Assembly: GCF_000743755.1 (NCBI RefSeq)
Contig: NW_014569512.1
Location: 1-53,485 of the forward strand
Length of the DNA stretch: 53,485 nucleotides
Reading direction: 5' to 3'
From: Blastocystis sp. subtype 4
Taxonomy: Eukaryota
Position numbers and translations under genes: made by a program. Under the pieces are notes generated by a model. That model ran no database searches. It saw only the letters and a list, made by a program, of their open reading frames with translations, and was not told the DNA's origin. Numbering within the stretch: position 1 is the first letter of the stretch; each line of letters begins with the position of its first letter. Shown here in pieces: positions 28,173-40,264 of the stretch.

Positions 28173-31135
28173 ATGAGTAACGTTGATGAATGGCTTCGTA
28201 AGGTTTGTGATTGCTGTTGAAATTGATAAATCAGTCAAAAGTGATTAAGGACTCTACTCCTACCTCTCTTCGAGTTCAAATTCAAGAATCTTCCTATGAT
28301 GCTTCTGTCATGCTCCACTACAATTCGGATATCGTGATCGGAGGATATACTGGGATGTTTCTAAGTGTAACAGAGCGCCAATCCTCAAAATGGAGGATCG
28401 CGGTTAATGGTTCAGGTTCGGGTGTTGAGGATGTATGAATAGAGTGGTAAAATCACAGATAGGATACATTTGTGATAGTAAAAGCGAATAATCCTAGTGA
28501 TACTAGTATTATCCACAATGGAGATGTTATATGTATTCGTCATAAATGTTGATCTATTTTATTAATGATAATATCTAGTATTCATGCGTTACTTGAGTTA
28601 TGATCCTGAAACAAGTGAAGTCTCTCTAGTTGCCCGTGTGAATGGCGAGAGTGAAAACTGGATTATTTTCAATGATTTTGTTCCAGATACTTCAGGAGAG
28701 GTGGAATCGGGAAGTTATGTAGTACTGAAACGTCCAACAGGTCAATATCTAACATATGTGCAGGATCATGGTCAAGAAGGATTATTAAGTGTATCTGGAA
28801 GTAATACGGATACACGTTTATATGATCAGCAAATTTGGCGTATTTTAAAAGCGCATTCGTCCTATTTGGAAGTACTTAAATGATTCTTTCATTTAAAGTA
28901 GATTACGCCCAATTCGTTGTACAGTGAACAAATCATCAATCCAAAGCAGAAAGAGAATGTAGACCTTCGAAATCTCCCATATCAAGTCCAAGCCTCTCTG
29001 ATAACAGAAGAAGTCCGTATGGCCTTATTCTTGTCTCCTGGCCGTTTATTATCGATTACAAAGAGTGACATGCCTCGAATTCAAAACAAACAACTGTTGA
29101 TCGATGTTCCGATTGATTATGGGAAAGCAGAGGACTATTTGAAACTTGGGTTTTCTGTTAACGATCAGTATCACTTTGATGTTAATCTGAAGAATCTTCT
29201 AGAAGTTCTTCTACCAAGTGTAAATCAAGTTATATCCTTTGAATGAATGAATGATATTGCGTTCTTAACATCAATTACGAATCAAAACCTTCATTAATCA
29301 GAACAATCGATTCGAGTTCGGTCGTGTCATAACCGCGGTTATTCATCTAATCACGGAGAACATCACTACGTTTGACCGCATTATTAGTGAAGTACTCTGT
29401 TCTTCTATTATCCTAATCTAGTTGTCTCCATCCATCAGTCTCTCCAATCTACATCTCGTGCTTCTCTATTGGAATAACCAACTAGAAGTGATGGATAATC
29501 TGTGTCGATTATGTTCTATTATTCGAGGAGGACAATTACTCAATCAGCTGATCTTATTAGAGGAGAATGAAAGTAATGAACAAAAGAAACAGTTCTATCG
29601 AGATGTATTGGATACAGCTTCCAAGGAATACTTTGATATGATGCAGGATTATATTTATAAGGGTGAAGTGAATGATTACTATAATGTAGATTGTTTTTGT
29701 CATTCCTGAAATATAGGAGTTTATGGTTGTACATCGTCAAGAATCGTTGGGACGATTAGGAGCAGTCAACGAGTTCGAGTTTAACCCGATTCACGAATTG
29801 TCTGCCATCAGCAGTTCGAATGCAAAGATTCTTCTTTGTGGTCATTACATCAATATTGTGAATCATACGAATACGCCAGTAGAGAACCCTTGTTTTAAGC
29901 AATGGGCTTTTGGATATGATGTGACAGTGTATGGAGAAAACGTGAGAATATGAATATGAAGTGAGGAATAGATTGATGAAGCCTTCGATTATGCAAACCA
30001 GTTATTGTTAGGAGTATTGCGCAACGACGAACATGATATTACAAGTGTGATATGTAATTTGAATCGTTTGTTTTTCCTTCTTCGAGGAGAGCTATGTATT
30101 TGTCTCTACGACACTCTAAATGATTATTTGAATCAAAATGCGTCCAGTATTGATGTTGTGAAGATGCAGTCTCTGTTTCAAGTTTGTATGATTTCAGCAT
30201 TTAATGATGGTAAGCCATCAACTCAGCGATTCATTGACTCGGTATCAGTAAATAAACGACTTGCTCGAAGTGATCGTGAAAAAGGCTGGGATGTGATGGA
30301 AGTGAGTGTGATGTTGGAGTATCCATTGAATATTGTGATTTCAAATGCTATTCTACAGAAGTACCGAAACCTGTTTCATTTGCTGTTGATGCTCAATGTA
30401 TGTTTGAAGAGGGATAATCACTGGTAGAGAACTTGTCGGTCATTGGATATGTGTTGGTGTGTATTGAATCAGTACAAGCAACGTTCCGTTCAATCGAAAC
30501 TATATATGGCTCGATCACTTCATAACAATCTAAAGTATTTTGTGAATACACTGTTGTATTATCTATCAACTGATGTAGGCAATACTCACATATTTAATAA
30601 CAGGTAATTGGTCCTGCAACTACACAATTCGAAAAGGAACTACCTGTATATTCAACAGTTGATGACTTTGTGAAAGGTTTTGAAGACTTTGTGGGAGATG
30701 TGTATGAAAAGTGTTTCTTGGTGAGTGAAGGGTTATTGCGTGGGTTAAGAAGCATTTGTAGTGTATGTCTCGATTTCACAGAATTTGTTGATAAGCAGTT
30801 ACATTGGGAGTAATGGAGGAGATATGAGAGTAATGAATAGTAATCAGTTGGGTCGACGGAAGATGGATCTGAGTATAGAAGAATCGACTCAGGAAGAAGG
30901 AACAATTCGTCCTTTGGTAGTGATGAACCAAGAGATTGGAACCCGTTTACGAAGTCAGATAGCAAAGGTAGAAGAAAGGACAGGAGCTGAACTCTGGAGT
31001 GCTCGTATAGAAGAACTGAAATCGAGTTTTGTTCGTTATCGAAGTGAGTTTTTAAGTATTCTGGAAGCGCAACCAGGGTTTTTGCAGTCAACGTTTTTGA
31101 GTTTGCATCGAAAATTGCGTCAACAGTATCGATAG
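28173..31135 (+). CDS. Gamma-tubulin complex component (GCP2/Spc97-like) with N-terminal beta-trefoil-like extension
   Basis: RGGQLLNQL, ASKEYFDMMQDYIYKGEVNDYY-EF, KILLCGHYIN, NLNRLFFLLRGEL, GWDVMEVSVMLEYPLNIVISNAILQKYRNLFHLLL are GRIP-domain motifs. Confidence 0.85.
29232..29271 (+). other. U12-type intron with AT-AT termini (40 nt)
   Basis: ATATCCTT...TTCTTAAC-AT; contains stops; removal gives VNQV|QLRIKTF in frame. Confidence 0.7.
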
Positions 31136-31167
31136 AGATATGTTTGTCAGATTTGAATAAACAATAT

Positions 31168-33227
31168 ATGAACTATTGTACACTTCTTCCAATTCTTCAA
31201 TACCACGTACTCGTCCTTCTAAAATCCACTTTGTTCACTTCCACCTACCTCCTAACTGATAGATTGCACAGAGCAAGAACTCTTTCGCACATATTCCTGA
31301 ATCAAACAAGAACGTCCTTCGATTCTTGGACTGAAGTAAGATATTGACAGCTGTACAGCCATTAGGATCGCGTGATCCTAATGTGACATAGCAAATTGAA
31401 GAGACTGGAATCGTTCCATTCAACACATAACTGCGTTCATACAACTGAAGGACACCCGAATCCAGTGCAGATCGTGGGAGCTGCCAAAACAGATACAAAG
31501 GTGTGACACCTTCCATAGATAACTAGAGATAAGTAATAATGAGAAGAAGGACCTCAGCTACATTCCACTGTATTCGACCCCGTTCAGCATTCGCTTTCTT
31601 ATCAGTATGACGAAGTCCTCGTACAAATTGATAATAACGAGTTCGCTTGAAGTTAACATACATCAACTCGAACAAATCTCTCTCACCTGGATTCACAAAA
31701 TAGAACCGAATTGGTTTGCGAATTCCTTCCTTGATAGCTGTATACCTATGTGAGAGAGAATGAGAATGACTACAAAACAATCTTATCTGGATGTAGGAAT
31801 GTGATTTCAATACCTTCCTTCTGAGCGAGAGATCGACGTCGTGATCGTTTTTCGATAGGACGAATGGTATGGATCTGTTCTAATCGACATTTGATGAAAT
31901 CCTGCTTAGTATCCAATGTTAACAGATGGAGATTCAGATCCATAGTGACTGTACCTTCACGCACAAATAGCCAGGATTTCTGGAGAATCGAAAAGGTATA
32001 ATGAAGTGCCGTCTTGGCTGATGTAAGAAGTGTCTCCTCGACAGCTTTGCTTGACTCCAGATCAACCAAAACTTGGGGCATTGGATCCCCTTCTATTTCA
32101 TGATTCCATTTCAACATCATTACCTTGAAATAGAATGTTTCGCAACTGTATGAGAATAGATGAATCTGTCGGATGATCTGGTCCATATGACACATCACTT
32201 CCTCGACTCAAATAAGAATTCTGTCGAATCAAATAGGGAGCTGTGAGGGTGCTGCTAGCTCGATCTTTCTTTGAGGAACTCTCTGATGAATGGATTGAAA
32301 AACTAGGATGACGCATAACTGTCTGATTTCGACGTACTCGATCATACATTGCATTGACAGCCAAGGCGTATTCCTGTATATTCTGGACCTTTGGAGGAGT
32401 AATCAGAGCTGTGGATTTAACCATGAATCCTTCTGGAACCATTGATGTGATCTCTCGAGTAAGGATATTGTAATAGAGAGTTATTCCGGAACAATCACTT
32501 ACACACCTCCATCCTCTTAGCTCATTCAATTTTGAATATTGGTAAAGACGTCGATTAACACTATCTCCAAGGTCTTTGGATCGGACAAGTACTTCTACAT
32601 CACGATTGTCATCGATCAGTTGATATGGCATGAATGATGATTGACCTCCTTCTCTTGAATACATAGCAACTTCTCTCGACTGTGTATAGGTCGTAGCACC
32701 TCTCCGTAACGAATAGGGATTAGTTCCACCTCCAGACATTCCAGAGACTGAACTCGAGCGATGTGAACTCTTCCTACATCTCAGATACCAGAAAAATGAA
32801 ACATGAAAAGTGATTCCAGCTGACGGTACTGTGACTGACTTCGAGAACTCGACGAAACAGCATCCATTCCGCGAACATGCTCCAGACTAGCTTCGGAAAT
32901 AATACTATCCGAATGAATGGTCTAAAAAATCAGACGAATATACCAATAACGGACTTGCGTATCGCCTTGGACTGTGATCATCTGACCAGTCTTGGTATTT
33001 TTGAAAGCTTGAATTCCATTGACCTTGAGGTCCACTTCCACAAAGGTATCCGGATATACTCGAACGAATTCTTCCCATGTGAGTTGATGAACTCGAACAC
33101 AATCCCGAATATTAAAAAAATATCTGTTGGTAATTCCCCAAACCTAAGAGAACAATAATCGTCCATCATTGGACACGATCTGCAACCATCGTAATTCACC
33201 ACGAGTGCTCCGTAGTTGGACACTCAT
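31168..33227 (-). CDS. Hypothetical protein with degenerate WW-like repeats and C-terminal PH-like domains
   Basis: RWLQIVWGITNRYFFNI, FVEVDLKVNGIQAFKNTKTG and RGWRCVSDCSGITLYYNILTRE are WW-like. Spliced exons end ...NSS-T followed by 4 nt and TGTTTATT. Confidence 0.55.
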
Positions 33228-33293
33228 TGCAAAGAAATACGGCTATTGGAAGAGATGTTTCGAATCCGCTAGAAAAATGACAATGTTTTTGAA

Positions 33294-34584
<1,291 letters not shown>

Positions 34585-34625
34585 GTGGTTTTGTTTTTTG
34601 TTTGTACCTCACAAAATGAAGTAGA

Positions 34626-34934
34626 GACAGTGAAATGATAGTAGTAGACGTATGTCACATACAAATTGGCAGTTGAATAAGAACGGTGTCCTGTTTATCT
34701 TCTAGCATTACTGTTGCGTTCAGTAAGATGCATTATACCAAGTTCAAGTAGCAGTCAATCACTTCTGAAATGTACTAAATGATCATATCAAGGACATCCA
34801 ATCTTGTTCATTTGGTTTATTGAAGATAATAATAAGCACATTCACCGTTATCTTAATGACATACCCATGTTGGTGACAGTTTGCTTGGTTAATAATTTGT
34901 ACGTGACATACGTCAACTACTTACTACTACTGTC
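34626..34934. repeat. Imperfect long inverted repeat enclosing ~310 nt (candidate structured ncRNA or MITE)
   Basis: GTAGTAGACGTATGTCACATACAAATT (34641-34667) versus the reverse complement at ~34894-34920 shows 2 mismatches in 27 nt. Nested inner stems are also present. Confidence 0.75.
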
Positions 34935-35154
34935 GAAATGAATCAACAAATATAGGGAAGAACAATAAAGTAATATAGGAAAATTATTGGTTTAGCCAGA
35001 ACTATGAGATTACCGATTCACCAATAATCTATCCGTATTCTAAATGATTGGTTAAACAAAACTCGACCTATGAAATTGCCTCCCTTTTGAACCGCGGCTT
35101 TTGAATGAAACGAGTTTCAGATTTCTCTTTACATTTGGAACCTTTATTGCAAAT

Positions 35155-35653
35155 ATGGTAAGTTTTGATTCCTTAGTGCGGTGTTGAGAGAACAACGGAG
35201 AATCGTACTTATTGTGTGTAGTCAGGAAAAGGAGGAAAAGGAGGAAAGGGAGGAAAGGCCCCTTCAAGCAAGAAGCAAGTGATGACCCGTTCGACCAAGG
35301 CTGGTCTTCAGTTCCCTGTCGGTCGTATTCACAGATTCCTGAAGAGCCGTGTGTCTGCTCGTCAACGTGTGGGAGCTACTGCTGCTGTATACATTGCTGC
35401 CATTCTAGAGTATCTGAGTGCTGAGGTACTGGAGTTGGCTGGAAACGCTTCTAAGGATCTGAAGGTGAAACGTATTACTCCCCGTCATCTTCAACTCGCC
35501 ATTCGTGGAGACGAGGAATTGGATACTCTTGTAAAGGCTACGATTGCTGGAGGAGGTGTTGTTCCTTACATTCAGCCTACTCTCATTGGAAAGAACGGTG
35601 AAGAGGATGAGGAGAAGGAGCTGGAAATTGAGGAGCAAGAGGATGTTGAATAA
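35155..35653 (+). CDS. H2AZ: Histone variant H2A.Z with acidic C-terminal tail
   Basis: ATG, 64-nt intron, then SGKGGKGGK...[66 protein letters not shown]. Confidence 0.95.
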
Positions 35654-35704
35654 GCCATGTATTTATGAATACAGTGGAGGATTGTTTGTTACAACAAGAA
35701 GTCA

Positions 35705-36310
35705 ATGAGCGATATCTCGCTTCGAGCACTTGCATCGACAGTGGAGGAAAGGAAGTTTGATCCTACAACTCATCTACTATTTGTTGCTCTACTAGATGGT
35801 GTCGGATACATAGGATCGAATCACCTAAAGGACAGATCTCTAAAGGACAACATTCGTGATGATATGAGCGTTCACAACGAAGACATTTCACTAGCGGAGA
35901 GGCTAAAGTCTCGTTCTTCTTACAAAGTGAACACGAATGACGTGGACATATGTGAGTCATTTCACCACAACATTCTTTTTGTTTGTGATAGTATTTCCGA
36001 CAGGATTCAACTGAACATTGTATTAAATGTTGATCGATGTCATACTCCTTACAATGAAAGCATCTATGCTGATTCGTTGATATCCACCTTCAGATCCTAC
36101 AACACCTTTTTGACAATCAGGACAAAGCCAAGGTTCACCTTGAGCAATGACAGCATTAACACTACGAATAATAGAAATGACGAAACTCAACCATTCGTGA
36201 TGAAAGAAGCGCTTGCAGTCACCAGTGCATTGAATCAAGGATCCTGAGAGCAGACACTCGCAACACCGTTCTACAGTCGACTCTTGAAGGCGTTGCTTCT
36301 TTGATTCCAT
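35705..36310 (-). CDS. Small protein made of three tandem NSD/EDM2-type PHD fingers
   Basis: CCEC..LIQCTGDCKRFFHHEC..WLCPDC; HRCFHC..LIQCSVESCRKYYH..C..ICPRHSCSLC..LVKCLRCERSYHHECC..LCIRH after splicing. Confidence 0.8.
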
Positions 36311-36375
36311 GTCCTACGGTGTTCGCTGAATCTACTTTTACTCTTGAATAGTGTTGTTTTAGATAATTAACAGTA

Positions 36376-36448
36376 GCCCACATAGCTCAGTCGGTAGAGC
36401 GTTAGGCTTTTAACTTAACGGTCTGGGGTTCGAGCCCCCATGTGGGCG
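36376..36448 (+). tRNA. tRNA-Lys(UUU)
   Basis: Acceptor stem GCCCACA/TGTGGGC, D arm TAGCTCAGTCGGTAGAGC, anticodon loop CTTTTAA, T loop GGTTCGAGCC, followed by T runs. Confidence 0.97.
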
Positions 36449-36475
36449 TTTCTTTTCATTCTTTTTCGTTCATAA

Positions 36476-37075
36476 ATGACTGGTTAATGTTTTCAAGAGT
36501 TATAATATAGATGTTCAAGACTTTAATGCAGAAATGGATGATGGCATGTTGGATTTGCGGGTGACTGTTAAAGCGACACAAGGAACCGAAAGTGTGTTTG
36601 ATAAGCTTAAAAAGTCCATCTGTTCCAAGTATCCTTTAGATGATCACTTTGTTTGGGAGGAATATGAAGTGCCTCGTATGGCACGCGTATGAGTTGTTTG
36701 GATGTAACAGCTGTAGATTATTGTAGAAGTGATCAAGTTTATCTATATCTTTGCTATTGTTCTAGTTGTTACCTTTTCTTATGTACGTTGTTTTGAATCG
36801 GGTTCTTGATAGATTCCATTTTCAGACGGCATCCTTATTGAGATTGCAAGAAAGGTTAAAGAAAACAAGTTCCAAATACTGATCCTGTGCTACTTATCGT
36901 TTGTGGTTGTTACAAATACGGTTTCAACGGGAGCCTTCGAAGTCTATTTGAATGATTCATTAGTGTATTCCAAAATACAAAAGTATCGTTATCCGACAGA
37001 GGAGGTAGAAGTAAATGTGCAAATGTAATGTTCAGGAGTTGGAACGTCTCATCGTAGAGTATGTGAAGAAAGAAT
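36476..37075 (+). CDS. Selenoprotein T (Rdx family)-like protein lacking the CxxU motif
   Basis: Spliced product ...VFDKLKKSICSKYP..EEYEVP..hydrophobic segments..STGAFEVYLNDSLVYSKIQKYRYPTEEELERLI; four 28-31 nt introns. Confidence 0.8.
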
Positions 37076-37096
37076 ATTCTCTTTGTTTTAAACGAT

Positions 37097-38364
37097 TTAA
37101 CTCTGGTTAGCTTTCCACGATTTGTGAAAGTAGTTCTTGGCCTTCTTTGATTCTGTGTTGATGATCGTTGCTTCGGATGGAGGTACGAATAGATCCATTT
37201 GCAAGACACCTTCGTTTAGATTCACATGACCTATTCCACAGAACGTTGTTGGTATTGTTTCTAACTAATTATGCTCTATGGATGGATACGCATTCTCCGT
37301 TTTCTATTGGTATTTCCTGATATCAATGTCTTTTTGGGACCACAAAGAAGAAGCATAGGAACTTGGGCCACTGGCTTCATAGGAACTGGCTCTTCCCTAT
37401 CCTTGATTCACTTTTCCTGTTTATACAGCCAACGTTCGTAGAATTTGATATCTGGTGATAGAGGGAGGATTTTGTCTCTGCGCAGGGTTTGGAAGAGTTC
37501 TACTTTACAATGAGGAATCAAGAGTACTTGAAGAAGGGATATAAGCAACACAATGCTGCTGCAACATTGTAATATCATTGAGTACAAACCAAGGAGCTAC
37601 ATTTGTATGGACATAGGAGAGATTCGTGATATCCCTACAGTGAACTTTCTAAACAACCAGTACTCCAGGTCAATGCAAAGAGGAGACGACTCCGGTAATC
37701 CACAATGTTTTGAACGATTCACCGTTTCTGAGGTAATTTCATAATTGGAATGAAATACTGTATTGATTTCATCCACAACAGACTGTAGTAACACATTTAC
37801 ATCACAACCTTGATCACAACGCAGTTGAAGTTGAGTCTCAATCAATCCACTGTTTGAGTAGTTTTTAATGAGGATATCTTGGATTCGAATAGGATACGAA
37901 TGAACAAGAGAGAGTGGATCCGACCGATACTGTCTTGATTCACCGATAAATGACGACGCCACTTTGTAGAACTCTTTTCGACTCACTGTTGGACCTTCTT
38001 TCGAAGAAAGAGTTAACGCAATATTATATATATTGGTTACATCGAGATACTACGTTGCATTCAAATGTGGAATCGAGTCATACCTTCATTAAAGGTTGGG
38101 ATCGACCAATCCCAAACGAAACAACTCCAGAATACTCAGGATCCAGATTTTCGACAACTGAACATGATGTAATATTCAGTTTCTCCATTAATTGGGATTG
38201 GACCTCCTCGACACTTTCTCCTTTGAATATGAATCAATTCGGATTTTCTTACCTTTGTACTTGTATAGCATGACATGTCCAGATGTTACAAACGAACGAG
38301 TGAATGATCCCAGCAAATACGGAGAATCCAAGACTCGGAATATAGGCTGTGACACACGATACAT
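37097..38364 (-). CDS. Divergent TruB-family pseudouridine synthase, probable organellar targeting (alternative start 38451)
   Basis: SGHVMLYKYKGES..LMEKLN..VVENLDPEYSGVVSFGIG (TruB motif II with Asp), FIGESRQ, LRCDQGCDV; N-terminus MYRVSQPIFRV...FTRSF. Confidence 0.6.
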
Positions 38365-38407
38365 CGGAATAGATTGAATCGAGGCCAACACAAAAGGATT
38401 CTGAAAA

Positions 38408-40220
38408 ATGGATGAAGATGATGACACTGGAAGTATTCTAAATCGAGTCATGAACGAACTTCATGTAGTTAAGTATCATCGAGAGAACAAGTCTACACAT
38501 GATGTGGTTATTTCAAAGGAATCCTTTCATCCAGGTAGTTTACAGCTTTGATTGATACCAAATAGGAGACGAAATCTATTGCAGTTATCCTTATGCGGCT
38601 GTTTCGGTTCCGCGACGGTCCTCTCAGATTTGTTCTTATTGCTTTAAACGGACAAAATTGATGAGATGTTCTCGATGTCGAAATACCAAGTATTGTAGTC
38701 GGGAGTGTCAAGCAAGGGATTGGTTGGTGAAACGATGTATAATAATATTCAGGCAACATCACAAAGTGGTTTGTTGTTTGAACAATACTGATGCGCTAAC
38801 TCATCTTCTACTACGTATTGTACTTTCGTTAGTAGGTTCGGAAACAATGACACCTCTCTACTGTGATGGTCGTAATGATATCTATCGCAAGCAATTCGAG
38901 TTGGAGACGTTCTTAGATTTGCAGGAGGTGTTAAATCGAGATCCAAATATTGCAGCTGTCGAACTGTATAAGAAATGTCCGTTTCAAGTATGGATATGGA
39001 TTCATTTCTCTCTAGAATACTCTTCAACAACTTATTTCGGAAATCGCGCCGAGAATTCTAGAACACAGTGATACTGTGCTGAGAGAACGAGGATTTTCTG
39101 ATGAGTCGTTAAGGCGCTTACAGAATGGTTCTCCCTATTCATCAAAAGTAACTGATTATTGTTTGGTTCGCCTGTTACGCAAACAGTGTGTCAATATAGT
39201 TCCAATTCGAAATCATATACTGGAAATTATCGGTTATGGCATTTATCCCACTCTTTCTCCCATTCAGCACAGTTGTGATCCCAATTGTGTTGTTGTCTTT
39301 GATGAGCTATGTGCTAAGTTGATAGCTATTCGTCCGATTTGTCCGAATGATCTCCTGACTGTCCTAATTGCAGTAATGTTCAAATGTAGGTTTCATTTAT
39401 TTCTACACGACATGCCTATCCGGTTCGTGATGAGTATGTATTGTGGTTGTGATCCATTCTAGCTTTCTCGCTCTCTATGGATGTTACGTCTGCGACTGTC
39501 CACGGTGTACAGTCTGGATCCGTTTTCAAAATCATATGTAGTGGAAATCGGAGGAATGGAAAAAGAAAGAAAAGGAAGCGTTTGCAATAAAATGTCCTGA
39601 AGTTTTTAATGGAATTTCTTGTTCAGGATTGTGCTTTCCTATTGTGTCGTTCCCAGGTACATATCCTTGTATGGAATTGAAGTGTCTTCGATTATAGTTG
39701 AATATTCTTGTTCCATTTGCCATAAATCGTTCAACAGTCTTGAATCGATGGAGGAATACTCGTTCTTTCATGGTTTTGAAGGATTGCAGAGCCATCGAGA
39801 CCAGGATCCGAATGAAATTAACATCAATCAACTAAAAAGATATATCACACAATTAGACAAATTGTATCCTTCTAGGAATCCAGAATTGTTGATTGCTCGA
39901 ATACTGTTACTTCGGTATTATGCAAATTCGGAGGTATGAATTGTCTGTATGGTGAAATGGAAGAATTATCAGGCAGCAGTTGAACTTGGAGAATTCCTTC
40001 TCCCGCTAGCAGTAGATGTATTTGGAAAGAGTCTGGAATTAATGGCCTTTGTATCTATCGTGGTGTTCTTTTAGACATAGTATTCGTTACTAATCTCTGC
40101 ATATGATGGAGTCCTTCTAAGCACAAGAGCGAGAGAATATCAACTACGATATAATGAATTGTTCAAACTGCCACATAGAGTTGATTTTGTAGAGCAGAAT
40201 TCTTTAAAGTCCCTTTCTGA
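38408..40220 (+). CDS. SET and MYND domain (SMYD-like) protein
   Basis: MYND CSYC..RCSRCRNTKYCSRECQARDW-HH..C; SET GIYPTLSPIQHSCDPNC; post-SET CDCPRC. Confidence 0.85.
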
Positions 40221-40264
40221 GTCAGACTTGTTTGTTTGAAACAAAGATAGAGCGAGCGGCGAGT

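Noticed and set aside
39661..39697. ATATCCTT in the SMYD gene as a fourth U12 5' splice site
   Set aside because: Wrong phase and no branch motif; a 29-nt GT-AG intron gives GTYPFEYSC cleanly.
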